A DNA stretch of 64,000 nt from Candidatus Hydrogenedentota bacterium (GCA_963745075.1 CAVUWV010000011.1:64001-128000); one strand, 5' to 3'. Counted from the stretch's first letter, positions 31,854-42,237 are shown. The notes: generated by a model from the sequence alone, not told the origin. Translations and numbers: made by a program.

Positions 31854-33263
31854 TCAGCTCTCCTTGAACTCCGCCAGCAAGGCTTGAATCGTTGCCTTCG
31901 CGTCGCCGAAGACCATGCGGGTGTTCTCGTTGAAGAACAACGGATTGGCGATGCCTGCGAACCCGGAGGCCATGGAGCGTTTGAGCACGAAGACCGTGTG
32001 CGCTTTGTCCACGTTGATGATGGGCATACCGTAGATGGGGCTCGATTCGTCCTCGCGCGCGGCCGGGTTCACAACGTCGTTTGCCCCGATGACGATGGCC
32101 ACGTCGACGGTGTCCATCGTGGGATTGATGTCTTCCATCTCGACGAGTTGCTCATAGGGCACATTGGCTTCGGCGAGCAACACGTTCATGTGCCCCGGCA
32201 TGCGGCCGGCCACGGGATGGATAGCGTAGCTGACTTCCGCGCCGTTCTTCTGGAGCACTTCACCGAGTTCCCGCACCACGTGCTGCGCCTGCGCGACCGC
32301 CATGCCGTATCCCGGCACGAACACCACGGATTGCGCGGCTTCCAACACGTAATAAGCGTCTTCAGGCGTGAGCGATTTCGCTTCGCCCTGCGCGCCCTTG
32401 CCGCCTGTCGCCGCAGTGGCCGAACCGAACCCGCTGAACAATACGTTTGCCAGGGAACGATTCATGGCTTTGCACATGATGATCGTGAGGATAATCCCGC
32501 TGGCGCCGACGAGCGACCCCGACACGATCAGCACGGTGTTCAATATGATGAATCCCGCCGCGCAAGCCGCGAGACCCGAATAGCTGTTCAGCAGCGAGAT
32601 TACGACCGGCATGTCCGCGCCGCCGATAGGGATCGTGGCCATCACGCCGAGGATGAACGACAAGACCACCGCCACGATGAAGGCCGGATACATGCCCACC
32701 GGATCGATAACGTACGCTACACCGCACCCCACCGCCGCCAGCACGAGTAGACCGTTCACGATCTGCTGTCCGGCGAACAGGACGGGTTTGCCGCTGATGC
32801 GTTCGGAAAGTTTGAGGTAGGCCACCATGCTGCCGGTGAACGTCACGCCGCCGATAAGGACGGCAAGGTAGGTGGCGCCTGCGGTGAACGCGATCGGCGC
32901 CCCCTCGCTGGTGGCGACCCCGTTCGTCCATTCGGGGATGGCGCGTTGATACTCGGCCCAGCCCACAAGCAGGCTCGCGATGCCGCCGAACCCGTTGAAC
33001 AGCGCCACGAATTCCGGCATGGATGTCATTGGTACGCGCACGGCGGCGATTGTGCCGATGATGCTGCCGATGAGCACGCCGAGAATGATCCACTGGTATC
33101 CGATGATCTCTTTGTTCAATAGCGTCACGACGACGGCGATCAACATACCGAGCGCGGAAATTGTGTTGCCGCGTCGCGCGGTAGCCGGCGAACTCAGCAT
33201 CTTCAGGCCATAAATGAAGAGCACCGAGGCAACGATATAACTTAGATCGATAAGGGTGCTCAT
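31854..33263 (-). CDS. pntB: NAD(P) transhydrogenase subunit beta
   Basis: GGADMPVVISLLNSYSG, PGYGMAVAQAQH, HPVAGRMPGHMNVLLAEA. Confidence 0.96.
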   Translation of the reverse strand: MSTLIDLSYIVASVLFIYGLKMLSSPATARRGNTISALGMLIAVVVTLLNKEIIGYQWIILGVLIGSIIGTIAAVRVPMTSMPEFVALFNGFGGIASLLVGWAEYQRAIPEWTNGVATSEGAPIAFTAGATYLAVLIGGVTFTGSMVAYLKLSERISGKPVLFAGQQIVNGLLVLAAVGCGVAYVIDPVGMYPAFIVAVVLSFILGVMATIPIGGADMPVVISLLNSYSGLAACAAGFIILNTVLIVSGSLVGASGIILTIIMCKAMNRSLANVLFSGFGSATAATGGKGAQGEAKSLTPEDAYYVLEAAQSVVFVPGYGMAVAQAQHVVRELGEVLQKNGAEVSYAIHPVAGRMPGHMNVLLAEANVPYEQLVEMEDINPTMDTVDVAIVIGANDVVNPAAREDESSPIYGMPIINVDKAHTVFVLKRSMASGFAGIANPLFFNENTRMVFGDAKATIQALLAEFKES

Positions 33264-33550
33264 GCCTTGCCTCCCCTATCCTTGCTCTTGAACATGGCCA
33301 GCATGCGGTCCGTGACGAGGTAGCCGCCGACCACGTTTATGGTCGCGAAGGCCACGGCTGCCGTGCCGAGGGTAAGGCTGAGCCAGCCGCTACCGGTTTC
33401 CCCAGCGGCAATCAGCGCGCCGACGATGGTAATGCCGGAGATGGCATTTGACCCCGACATGAGCGGGGTATGCAGCGTTGCGGGGACCTTCGAGATCAAC
33501 TCGAACCCCAGGAAAATAGCGAGGACAAAGGTGAAGAGCAGTAATATCAT
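33260..33550 (-). CDS. pntA: NAD(P) transhydrogenase subunit alpha, part 2 (membrane)
   Basis: KVPATLHTPLMSGSNAISG, NVVGGYLVTDRML. Confidence 0.93.
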   Translation of the reverse strand: MILLLFTFVLAIFLGFELISKVPATLHTPLMSGSNAISGITIVGALIAAGETGSGWLSLTLGTAAVAFATINVVGGYLVTDRMLAMFKSKDRGGKA

Positions 33551-33568
33551 CGACAGTATCCTTCCGGG

Positions 33569-34708
33569 CTATTGGCCGGCCATTACGCTTTTGAGCATTT
33601 CGCTGACGATGGCGCCGTCGTGCGTGACGAGGCATCCCTGGATGATTTCATCGTCGAGGTTCAGGTTGAACTGCTTCGCCTCCGCGTCCCAGAACTCTTC
33701 GACCAGATTACCGAGGTTCGAGGAGTACATCTGACTAGCATGAACCGGAACGCGGCCTTCCAGATTGGCCAGACCGATGATACGGACACCGTCCACGTCG
33801 ACTTCCTGGTCTACCTGCACGCCCTCGACGTTGCCGCCCGATTCCGCGGCGAGATCGACAATCACGCTGCCGGGTTTCATCGAAGCCACCATCTCTTTCG
33901 TGACAATGACGGGCGCCTTGCGACCGAATAGTTTGGCCGTGGTGATCACCACGTCGGACTGGGCGCAGACTTTCGCCATGGCTTCACGCTGTTTCTGTTG
34001 TTGCTCCGGCGTGAGTTCTTTGGCGTACCCGTCTTTCGTCTGGCCGGTTTCGCCGAGGTCGACTTTGACAAACTTGGCGCCGAGCGACACGACCTGCTCT
34101 TCGACGACCGGGCGCGTATCGAATGCGTCCACCCGCGCGCCGAGCCGTTTCGCCGTGGCGATGGCCTGGAGCCCCGCAACACCCGCGCCGATGATGAAGA
34201 CGCGCGATGGCTTAATCGTGCCGGCGGGGGTCATCATCATGGGGAAAATCTGATTGAGGCGGTCCGCCGCCAGGATGACGGCTACGTATCCCGCGAGGCT
34301 GGCCTGGGAGCTCAACGCGTCCATCTTCTGGGCGCGCGTTGTGCGTGGAATCATTTCCATACTGATGGCGCTGACGCCGGCGTTCACCAGGGCGTCGATG
34401 AGTTCACGCTCGTTGAACGGGTCGAGAAAGCTCACATGGATGCATCCGCGCTTCAACTTGCCAATCTCGTCCATCGGCGGTTTACGAAGACGGAGCACCA
34501 TGTCCGCCGCGCCCAGCATGGCGTCACGGTCGGCACCGATCTTCGCCCCGGCTTCTTCGTAGGCGCTGTCGGCAAAGCCGGACGGCATTCCCATGCCCAC
34601 TTCGACGGTGAATTCCGCGCCTTTTCCGACCAAGCGCTTCACCGTGTCAGGGATCAAGGGGACGCGGAGTTCTCCGGGATGTGTCTCGCGAGGAACGAAT
34701 ATATGCAT
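33569..34708 (-). CDS. pntA: NAD(P) transhydrogenase subunit alpha, part 1 (dI)
   Basis: PRTTRAQKMDALSSQ, GAGVAGLQAIATAKRLGA, VDLAAESGGN. Confidence 0.94.
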   Translation of the reverse strand: MHIFVPRETHPGELRVPLIPDTVKRLVGKGAEFTVEVGMGMPSGFADSAYEEAGAKIGADRDAMLGAADMVLRLRKPPMDEIGKLKRGCIHVSFLDPFNERELIDALVNAGVSAISMEMIPRTTRAQKMDALSSQASLAGYVAVILAADRLNQIFPMMMTPAGTIKPSRVFIIGAGVAGLQAIATAKRLGARVDAFDTRPVVEEQVVSLGAKFVKVDLGETGQTKDGYAKELTPEQQQKQREAMAKVCAQSDVVITTAKLFGRKAPVIVTKEMVASMKPGSVIVDLAAESGGNVEGVQVDQEVDVDGVRIIGLANLEGRVPVHASQMYSSNLGNLVEEFWDAEAKQFNLNLDDEIIQGCLVTHDGAIVSEMLKSVMAGQ

Positions 34709-34929
34709 GGAATACCCCTGAGTCGATTTCCACGTGGAGTGGACGAAATTAACGAGTCCCCATTATAAGTGCCGCTGTTGAGCTTCGCAAACGCGGCGAA
34801 GAAAATACCTGATAAGTATACGTGCGGCGCGTGGGCGTCGCAAACGCAATGTAAAGATTTACGTGCTAGGTCGCGCGGTTTGCGCGAGCGTTTGAGACTT
34901 CCAGGCCCCGCTGGTTGATAGGCTTTCGG

Positions 34930-37152
34930 TCAGAATCCCGCTGATGTCGTGCCCGCGAGCACCACGACCGGGTCGGCCATGCCAGGACGGACCGACGCGG
35001 CCCAGGCGCCGTCGCCGGAAAGGGCGCAGGCGCGGCCGGTGCCGCCGTCCAGATAGGTGAGTTGGACCCGGCGGTAAGGCGCGTTCGCCTCGAATGCCCA
35101 GACTTGCGTGAGATTTTTCCGGTCGGGGGCTGTGCCGACCAGCATGGTGCCGGAGGGATGCCAGGCGACGCTCCATCCCGCGCCGAGGTCTCGATCGACT
35201 TGTCTATCCCCCGTGCGGATGAGTCGCACGGCCGTACGACCGTCCGCGCCGGACACGGACACGGCGAGCAGGGTTCCGTCCGGGCTGAACGCACGGGCAC
35301 TCAGGTTGATTGTGCCCTGGGCCACAGGTTCACCCGTACGCGGCGTGCCGTCGGTGGGAAACAGCCACAGCGACTGGGTCTCCTCGGAATCTCCGCGGAG
35401 GAACGCCAGGAACGTTCCGGTAGCCGAGTACTGTAAAGCGTCAATCGCCGGCCCGGGGGGCGCCAATGTCCGACCTCGTTCAAAATCGCCGTCCGGGTTA
35501 CGGGTCCATTCGACAATGCTGGTGCGATCCTGCGCATCGATTATAGCGGTGGCCAGGTGAGCACCGTCCGGGTGCATCGCAACCGTGGCGATGGTTTCGG
35601 ACGCCGCGGCCTGCAGCCGCGCCAACACGATAGGTTCGCCGGTTTGGAACGGCCCCTCGACGAGCGCCGGTGTGTGCGTCATTGGCAGGATCGTGGCCAT
35701 CACCGGCCTCGATGAGAGCGGCGAACCACCGTGATACGTATTGGCAAAGGCGAAGGCGGCGGTCTGTGGCGCACCCGCGGTACGGCTTGGAGACAGACCA
35801 AATGGAACAACGATGCTGGCGTACCGTCGGACCGGGTCGATTCCACAGACCACACGCCGGCCTTCATGATGGGCTTTGCTGGTTTCGGAAAGTTGAATCA
35901 AAAAGGTGCCGGGGTGGCCGGCCCACGTCACGTCGTCAATTGCGAACGCCGGGAGATTCAGCGGCGCCAGGACCACTCCCGGAGCTTCGTCTTGAAAACG
36001 CGCCACTGTTGCGTCCGCGAACCATCGCTGCGGATTGGCGAGGTCCGGATCCCAGATTCCGGTTGCTCCGTCGTTGCCGCCGCCGATCCATAGGAACCCC
36101 ATAATCGCGAATGCGATTGCGGCCGTCAGAATAGCGCCGCGCACGATCGGTTTTCGCCATGACTCCGGCAGCACTTCGGTAATCGGCGTCAAACCCGACG
36201 CCAGTTTGTGTGGTGTGTCCAATGGCGTCTCGGCAGCCGGCCGTTTACCGAAGGAACGGCGAAAGTCGGCCAATACGGTGGACATCGCGCCGTTTCCCGT
36301 GTCCAGCGCTTCCCCTTGACGCACGCGTTGGATCGCTTCGACGACCATATGACCGTCGGCAGGTCTATGTTTGGGTTGCTTCTCGATGATCCACGCCACG
36401 AGCCGCTCCACCTCTTCGAGAAGATCGCCCCGATGCCGGCGGAGCCGCGTCGGGGGATCGGAAACGATCTTGCGGATCAATTCGACGCTGGAACCGGCCT
36501 CGTACGGCAACCGCCCGGACAGCATCTGAAACAACAGCACGCCCAACGAATACAGATCGCTCGATCCGGTGAGTTCGCCGTTCTTGCACCGTTCCGGTGA
36601 CATGTAGTGGGGGGTGCCCAATCGCGACCCGTCTACGGTCAGGTTGTCATCCATCGTGAGAATCTTGGCAATCCCAAAGTCGGTGACATAGGCCTTGCCG
36701 GCATCGGTAATCAGAATGTTGGGAGGCTTTATATCACGGTGGATCACGTGCGCTTCATGGGCGCAAGCGAGCGCCGACGCTACCTGCGAAGCAATGTCCA
36801 GCGCCTGATCGCACGAGAGGCACGATTCGCGTTGCATCAGGGTGCTGAGGGGTACCGCATCGATAAACTCCATGGCGATAAACGGTGTGTCGTCTTCATT
36901 GCCCACGGAATAGATTTGCACAATATTGGGGTGATCCAGGCACGCGGCGGCTTTGGCTTCGCGGCTGAACCGGGACACAATCTGCGGCTGAGCGCGCAAG
37001 TCGTCTCGCAGTACCTTTACGGCTACGATGCGATCCAATGACAGGTCCAGTGCGCGGTAGACGATTCCCATACCGCCGCGGCCCACCTCCTCGAATAGCT
37101 CGTAGTTGCCGAGGATGTGCCGGGCCGGTACGGCGCCGCCATAGTCAAACAT
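34930..37152 (-). CDS. Hanks-type Ser/Thr kinase with TM helix and C-terminal TolB/WD40-like beta-propeller
   Basis: GRGGMG, VAVK, HRDIKPPN, DFG, GTPHYMSPE. Propeller repeats HPDG, FSPDG, WHPSG, LSGDG. Confidence 0.9.
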   Translation of the reverse strand: MFDYGGAVPARHILGNYELFEEVGRGGMGIVYRALDLSLDRIVAVKVLRDDLRAQPQIVSRFSREAKAAACLDHPNIVQIYSVGNEDDTPFIAMEFIDAVPLSTLMQRESCLSCDQALDIASQVASALACAHEAHVIHRDIKPPNILITDAGKAYVTDFGIAKILTMDDNLTVDGSRLGTPHYMSPERCKNGELTGSSDLYSLGVLLFQMLSGRLPYEAGSSVELIRKIVSDPPTRLRRHRGDLLEEVERLVAWIIEKQPKHRPADGHMVVEAIQRVRQGEALDTGNGAMSTVLADFRRSFGKRPAAETPLDTPHKLASGLTPITEVLPESWRKPIVRGAILTAAIAFAIMGFLWIGGGNDGATGIWDPDLANPQRWFADATVARFQDEAPGVVLAPLNLPAFAIDDVTWAGHPGTFLIQLSETSKAHHEGRRVVCGIDPVRRYASIVVPFGLSPSRTAGAPQTAAFAFANTYHGGSPLSSRPVMATILPMTHTPALVEGPFQTGEPIVLARLQAAASETIATVAMHPDGAHLATAIIDAQDRTSIVEWTRNPDGDFERGRTLAPPGPAIDALQYSATGTFLAFLRGDSEETQSLWLFPTDGTPRTGEPVAQGTINLSARAFSPDGTLLAVSVSGADGRTAVRLIRTGDRQVDRDLGAGWSVAWHPSGTMLVGTAPDRKNLTQVWAFEANAPYRRVQLTYLDGGTGRACALSGDGAWAASVRPGMADPVVVLAGTTSAGF

Positions 37153-37176
37153 GGCAAATCTCCTCCGCGCGGACCG

Positions 37177-39444
37177 TCAAAGCGAAACCTCCATGTTTTG
37201 TGACCGATCGGCTTGGGCGAGTGTCGTTGCGCGAACGCCGATGGGGACAAACAGGACCGACTGATCGGAGTGGCGGTTGGCGATGATCGCAATCCAGCGT
37301 CCGTCCGGAGACACGGCTGCATTGCCCCGGATGCCATTCTCGCACTGCGTAAGTTGTCTCGCTTCGGGTGCGGTCGCAGGGGAGACGAGCCAGGCCTGAG
37401 CCGGCGCTCCGCGAGTGATGACGAACGCGTCTCCTGTGGGCAGCCATCCCTCGGAACCGATCGTTCCGTGTCCTATCCGCGCTACGATGTTTCCCGAGGC
37501 CGTATCAACGACGTGGAGTTCCGGTTGCGATGGGTCCGGTTCGCGAACGGCCACGACGGCGCGCGTTCCGTCCGGACTGAGGGCATAGGACGTGTCGACA
37601 TGCCCCATGGACAGCAGGGCACCGACATCTTGCGCATTATGCGACGATATCCAGAGCTCGCGTCCGCCGCTTGCCTTTTGCCGCATGTACGCAATGCTGT
37701 TTCCGTCGGCGGTATATTGAATACTGCCCGATACGATGTGTTGTCCCGCGCCGGTAATCGGCACGCCCTTTGGCTCGGCGTCTCCGTGTCCGGAGGATGC
37801 GTACTCCATCAGACGTTCGCCGCCCTCTGCAGTGCGTTCCGCTACGCAGAAGTGACGACCATCCGGGTGAAGCGCAATCGCGGCGGACTGGCCCACGTCT
37901 ACGAGCGTTTCGCGATGGAGCGGAGTCACCTGCGGGAACGCAGACGTGATGGGTTGCGGTAGAACTTCGGCATAGGCCGGTGCGGACGTATCACCCGGGA
38001 GATACCGTGTCATGAGCACCGTCGATCCAAGCGTCCCCGCGTTCTCCGGTGGAATTCGATACATTAACGGCACCGGAACAAGTAACTTCCCTTCCGCCGC
38101 GAAAGGTGCGCTCGGCGCGTGGAGGCTGCGGCACTCCCGCACGTTGGGGTCCATGGCAAGCAACCCCGTTGCACCGTCGAGCAGGGAACCGTTGCGGCCT
38201 TGCGCTTCCACCACGAGCGTGTCGCCGGCCCAATGAAGTTCATGAAATACAAAACCATCCAATACCGTGGATGCACGCAATGTTCCATCCGCTTCATCTT
38301 GAAACCGGCACGCTGACAGGACTGGCGCGGGAATCGGTGCATTGCTGGTATGGCCGATCGCCGTGATGGCCGCTGCAATAACGGACACGATGAAAATGCA
38401 CGTCACGCCTACGAGTGGCGTGCGGAACCGTTGCATGCGCGAAAGACGTTTGGAATCGGATGACGCATTCGACTTACGGCTTTGCCGTTGGGGTGGGGGA
38501 GTCATCAGTCGCAAGTTGGATTCGACGGCCTGTTCGCGCACGAACGCCGCCAGTGCTTCGGGGATTACGGACTTTCCGCCGTCCTCCGCGCGCAGACGCT
38601 CGATGGTCTTCACCACGTCCGTGGCGCTGCGGGGGCGCGCATCCGGTTCCTTTTGCAGCAAGTGTGCCACGAGCCGGGCGACATCGTCCGGGATTTCGGG
38701 AAGCAGTTTGTTCAATCGCGGCGCGTCGTCCGTCAGGATTTGTTTGACCAGGGCGTGCGACGACTCCGCGCGGAACGGCGCATGTCCGGCCATCATCTGA
38801 AACAGTACTACGCCAAGCGAATACAAATCGGTGGCCGGACGCAAGTCGGCGCCCTCGCATTGTTCCGGAGACATGTAGGTCGGTGTACCGATAACGCCGT
38901 TCGTTCCGTTCGCCTGCGTATCGAGCGTGGCTACACGGGCGATGCCGAAATCGGTCAATCGAACCCGCCCCTGGCGGTCCAACAGGATATTGGCAGGTTT
39001 CACGTCGCGGTGGATGACGCCCGCCCCATGGGCACATTCCAAAGCCCGGGCGAGTTGCGCGCCCACGTAGAGCGCGGTCTGCCAGTTCACCGTTCCCTTG
39101 CGCCGGAGAAACCGGTCCAGCGGTTCCCCCGCGACATATTCCATGGCGATGTAGGGAGTTCCAGCTTCGACACCAGCGGAATAAATCCGAACCACGCACG
39201 GATGGCGTAAGGGAGCCGCCGCCTGCGCTTCCCGGTAGAAACTGCGAACCATGGAAGGGTTCCGTGCGAGGCTACCCAGCAATACTTTGAGGGCCACCGG
39301 CCGGTTCAGTGCGGTATCGCGCGCCAGGTAGACGGTACCCATGGCGCCACGGCCGATGAGGGCCTGGACCTTGTAGCCACCCAAGGCGGAACCGATGAGG
39401 GAAGCGTGGCCGCCGTTCGCTACCAGATGTGGTACAGTGTCCAT
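37177..39444 (-). CDS. Hanks-type Ser/Thr kinase with TM helix and C-terminal TolB/WD40-like beta-propeller
   Basis: GRGAMG, VALK, HRDVKPAN, DFG, GTPTYMSPE. Repeats HPDG, YTADG, LSPDG, VSPDG. Confidence 0.9.
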   Translation of the reverse strand: MDTVPHLVANGGHASLIGSALGGYKVQALIGRGAMGTVYLARDTALNRPVALKVLLGSLARNPSMVRSFYREAQAAAPLRHPCVVRIYSAGVEAGTPYIAMEYVAGEPLDRFLRRKGTVNWQTALYVGAQLARALECAHGAGVIHRDVKPANILLDRQGRVRLTDFGIARVATLDTQANGTNGVIGTPTYMSPEQCEGADLRPATDLYSLGVVLFQMMAGHAPFRAESSHALVKQILTDDAPRLNKLLPEIPDDVARLVAHLLQKEPDARPRSATDVVKTIERLRAEDGGKSVIPEALAAFVREQAVESNLRLMTPPPQRQSRKSNASSDSKRLSRMQRFRTPLVGVTCIFIVSVIAAAITAIGHTSNAPIPAPVLSACRFQDEADGTLRASTVLDGFVFHELHWAGDTLVVEAQGRNGSLLDGATGLLAMDPNVRECRSLHAPSAPFAAEGKLLVPVPLMYRIPPENAGTLGSTVLMTRYLPGDTSAPAYAEVLPQPITSAFPQVTPLHRETLVDVGQSAAIALHPDGRHFCVAERTAEGGERLMEYASSGHGDAEPKGVPITGAGQHIVSGSIQYTADGNSIAYMRQKASGGRELWISSHNAQDVGALLSMGHVDTSYALSPDGTRAVVAVREPDPSQPELHVVDTASGNIVARIGHGTIGSEGWLPTGDAFVITRGAPAQAWLVSPATAPEARQLTQCENGIRGNAAVSPDGRWIAIIANRHSDQSVLFVPIGVRATTLAQADRSQNMEVSL

Positions 39445-39485
39445 CTTACGATCCGCATGATGTTGTGTTTTTTGGCATCATGGGC

Positions 39486-39521
39486 AATTTAGCAATAAAT
39501 ACTAATTTTGTCAAGTATTTA
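39486..39521 (-). promoter_or_regulatory. Sigma70 promoter of the kinase pair with overlapping palindromic operator
   Basis: Minus strand TTGACA (39514-39509)-N17-TAAATT with extended TG. TAAATACT-N10-AGTATTTA spans the -35 box. Confidence 0.7.
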
Positions 39522-39630
39522 CTAAAATGAAAAAAGCGGGACGCAAGATTATACGTGCGAGAAGTGGTGTTTTATAGGCAAGTTATTTATTTGGAATGAG
39601 TTAGGTCGAAATTCAGTGCAAAAGACTGGA

Positions 39631-40122
39631 CTACTTGTTTCGGCCCAGCTTTTCCATGAGCCGTTCCTCGATTTCTTCGGGCACGAAATCCTTGAGGCTG
39701 CCGCCGAACATGGCGATTTCACGCACAATCCGGGAACTGAGGAGGAGGTAGTTTTCGCTGGGCATCAGGCAGACGGTGTCGATGGTAGGATTGAGTTTCT
39801 GATTGGCGATGGCCATGGTGATTTCGTATTCGAAGTCAGACACGACGCGCAGGCCCCGCACGAGGGCGATGGCGTTGCGTTGGCGGGCAAACTCAGCGGT
39901 GAGTCCCTGGAAGGAGGTGACCTCGACGTTGGGGCGCTCGTTCACGATTTTGGTCAACATTTCGATCCGTTCATCCACAGAGAACAATCCGGCCTTGTCC
40001 GAGTTACGCGCGACCGCCACGATCAGGGAGTCAAAAATCTTGGCCGCACGATCGATGAGATCGATATGCCCAAAGGTCGGTGGGTCGAAACTCCCGGGGT
40101 ACACGGCAATACGGTCGGCCAT
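39631..40122 (-). CDS. coaD: Phosphopantetheine adenylyltransferase
   Basis: YPGSFDPPTFGH, VRGLRVVSDFEYE, LSSRIVREIA. Confidence 0.96.
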   Translation of the reverse strand: MADRIAVYPGSFDPPTFGHIDLIDRAAKIFDSLIVAVARNSDKAGLFSVDERIEMLTKIVNERPNVEVTSFQGLTAEFARQRNAIALVRGLRVVSDFEYEITMAIANQKLNPTIDTVCLMPSENYLLLSSRIVREIAMFGGSLKDFVPEEIEERLMEKLGRNK

Positions 40123-40241
40123 AATCGAAAAAAACTCCCTCTCCCGCGAGACACGCGCGCGGAACTGGTTGGTAGCTCGCCTCCGAACACGGGTAGCCTA
40201 CCCCCTGGCATATGCCCGGTGCAATGCGCCGGAAGTTTTCA

Positions 40242-40270
40242 ATCGGACCGATCGGACGGATCCGTCCGAT
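40242..40270. repeat. ATCGGAC tandem unit plus perfect 20-bp palindrome
   Basis: ATCGGACCG followed by ATCGGACGGATCCGTCCGAT (40251-40270), just downstream of larC. Confidence 0.6.
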
Positions 40271-40285
40271 CCCGATTCTGGGAAT

Positions 40286-41482
40286 TCACGCGTCGCCCAA
40301 ATCGTCCGCCAGGGCCTTCGCCAACGCGGCCTGATAGATTGTAGCGGTGGCAACGCCATTCTCGTCAGCCAACCTCCGGCAGTCTTCAAACTCGGGCGCC
40401 GCAACGGTGCGTTCTCCCTGAAAGCGGCCAATCTTGACGCGCACATTGCCCCACTCCGTGACTGCAACTTTCCATTCACGTGCCAGGCAAATCCGCCGTT
40501 CCTGCCGGATGCGCACGCCCAGCGTGGTCGAAGTCCGAAACAGGATACCGGCCATCTCTTGCGTTTTGTTGTCCTCGCACAAAACGGAAACGAGATACGC
40601 GGGCCGTCCCTTTTTCGCGACGATAGGCGTGAGAAACGCGTCACGCGCGCCGGCTGCAAGGAGATCGCCGAGAAGTTCAGGCAGCAATTCGGGATTCATA
40701 TCGTCTACGTTGGTTTCCAGCACCGCGATGGTCTCGGTCGTCTCCGCGCCCGACTGGCTTTCACCCATGACCACCCGCAATACATTGGCCCGGTCCTCGA
40801 GATCGCGGGTACCACTGCCGTAACCGATGGATTCGATCTGAATGACCGGCATGGAGCCGAACGACGCCACGATCTGGCCGAGGAGCGCCGCGCCGGTTGG
40901 CGTGACCAGTTCGTACGGTATCTCGCCGCCGTATGAAGGAATGCCTTTCAGCAACAGCGCGGTCGCGGGCGCTGGCACGGGCATGATTCCGTGCGCGCAC
41001 TTCACCGTTCCCGCGCCGACGTGCAGCGGCGACGCGGCGATGTGCGTGTAGCCCAATTCGTGCAGACAGAAGTGCGTGCCAACCACGTCGACGATAGAAT
41101 CGATGGCGCCGACCTCGTGGAAGTGGACTTTCTCGATCGTGGTACCGTGGACTGAGGCCTCCGCCTCGGCGATGCGGCGGAAGGTTTCCGCGCTCGCCTG
41201 TTTGACCTGGTCCGGCAGGTCGCCCTTGTCGATGATTTCGAGCACGTGACGCAAATGGCGGTGGGGCTGTTTCTCGTTGAGATCGCGATCGACGACGAAC
41301 TGCGTGGCCATGACGCCTTTCTTCTTGACCTTCTCCGCGGCGATGCGATAGCCGGAAACGTCGAGCGAATCGAGGGCCTGCTTGAGTCTGTCGAAGTTCA
41401 TACCGAGGTCAAGCAGCGCGCCGACGATCATGTCGCCTGCGGCCCCGCTGAAACAGTCAAAGTAAAGCGTCTTCATCGTCAC
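40286..41482 (-). CDS. larC: Nickel pincer cofactor biosynthesis protein LarC
   Basis: YFDCFSGAAGDM, VHFHEVGAIDSIVDV, CAHG.MPVPAPAT, TPTGAA, ETNVDD, KKGRP, PEFEDC. Confidence 0.92.
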   Translation of the reverse strand: MTMKTLYFDCFSGAAGDMIVGALLDLGMNFDRLKQALDSLDVSGYRIAAEKVKKKGVMATQFVVDRDLNEKQPHRHLRHVLEIIDKGDLPDQVKQASAETFRRIAEAEASVHGTTIEKVHFHEVGAIDSIVDVVGTHFCLHELGYTHIAASPLHVGAGTVKCAHGIMPVPAPATALLLKGIPSYGGEIPYELVTPTGAALLGQIVASFGSMPVIQIESIGYGSGTRDLEDRANVLRVVMGESQSGAETTETIAVLETNVDDMNPELLPELLGDLLAAGARDAFLTPIVAKKGRPAYLVSVLCEDNKTQEMAGILFRTSTTLGVRIRQERRICLAREWKVAVTEWGNVRVKIGRFQGERTVAAPEFEDCRRLADENGVATATIYQAALAKALADDLGDA

Positions 41483-42237
41483 TTCCCATTTGCGATACGG
41501 TTAATCATCGAAGCGAGCATCCCGGCGCCGAATCCGTTGTCGATATTGACCACCGACACGCCCGAGGCGCAGGAATTGAGCATGGCCAGCAAGGCCGCGA
41601 TGCCGCCGAAGTTCGCCCCGTACCCCACGCTGGTCGGCACGGCAATCACCGGCACGTCCACCAGCCCTGCGACGACGCTGGGCAACGCGCCCTCCATCCC
41701 CGCGCACACGACGATGGCGTTGGCGCTCTGTAAAACTTCGTGCTGTCCCAACAACCGGTGGATACCGGCAACCCCCACGTCGTAGACCCGTTTCACCGGG
41801 CAACCGTACGACTCGCACGTCACGACAGCCTCTTCGGCGACGGGCATGTCGGATGTTCCCGCGCAGGCTATGGCGACAAAGCCGGTCTGCGGTTCCGGCG
41901 GGGTCACGGTGACCGTGATCGCCCGCGCGGCTTCGTGATGGACGGCGTCGGGGTTTTCTGCGAGGACCGCCGTCACGATCTCGGGCGAACACCGCGTCGC
42001 GAGCACGTTGCTGCCGTGCGCGCGAATCCGCGAGATAATCTCAGCGACCTGCTTCGGCGTCTTGCCGGCGGCGAAGATGGCTTCGGGATAGCCCTGCCGA
42101 ATCCCGCGATGGTGGTCCACTTTTGCGAACCCCAAATCTTCGAAGGGCAATCCGCGCAAACGTTCGAGCGCTGCGGCCGGGGGCACGGAGCCCGACGCTA
42201 CATCTTCCAATAAAGCCAGGAGTTTTGTGCGATCCAT
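41479..42237 (-). CDS. larB: Nickel pincer cofactor biosynthesis protein LarB
   Basis: FAKVDHHR, AGTSDMPVAEEA, DVGVAGIHRL, AGMEGALPSV, PTSVGYG, VNIDNGFGA. Confidence 0.94.
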   Translation of the reverse strand: MDRTKLLALLEDVASGSVPPAAALERLRGLPFEDLGFAKVDHHRGIRQGYPEAIFAAGKTPKQVAEIISRIRAHGSNVLATRCSPEIVTAVLAENPDAVHHEAARAITVTVTPPEPQTGFVAIACAGTSDMPVAEEAVVTCESYGCPVKRVYDVGVAGIHRLLGQHEVLQSANAIVVCAGMEGALPSVVAGLVDVPVIAVPTSVGYGANFGGIAALLAMLNSCASGVSVVNIDNGFGAGMLASMINRIANGK

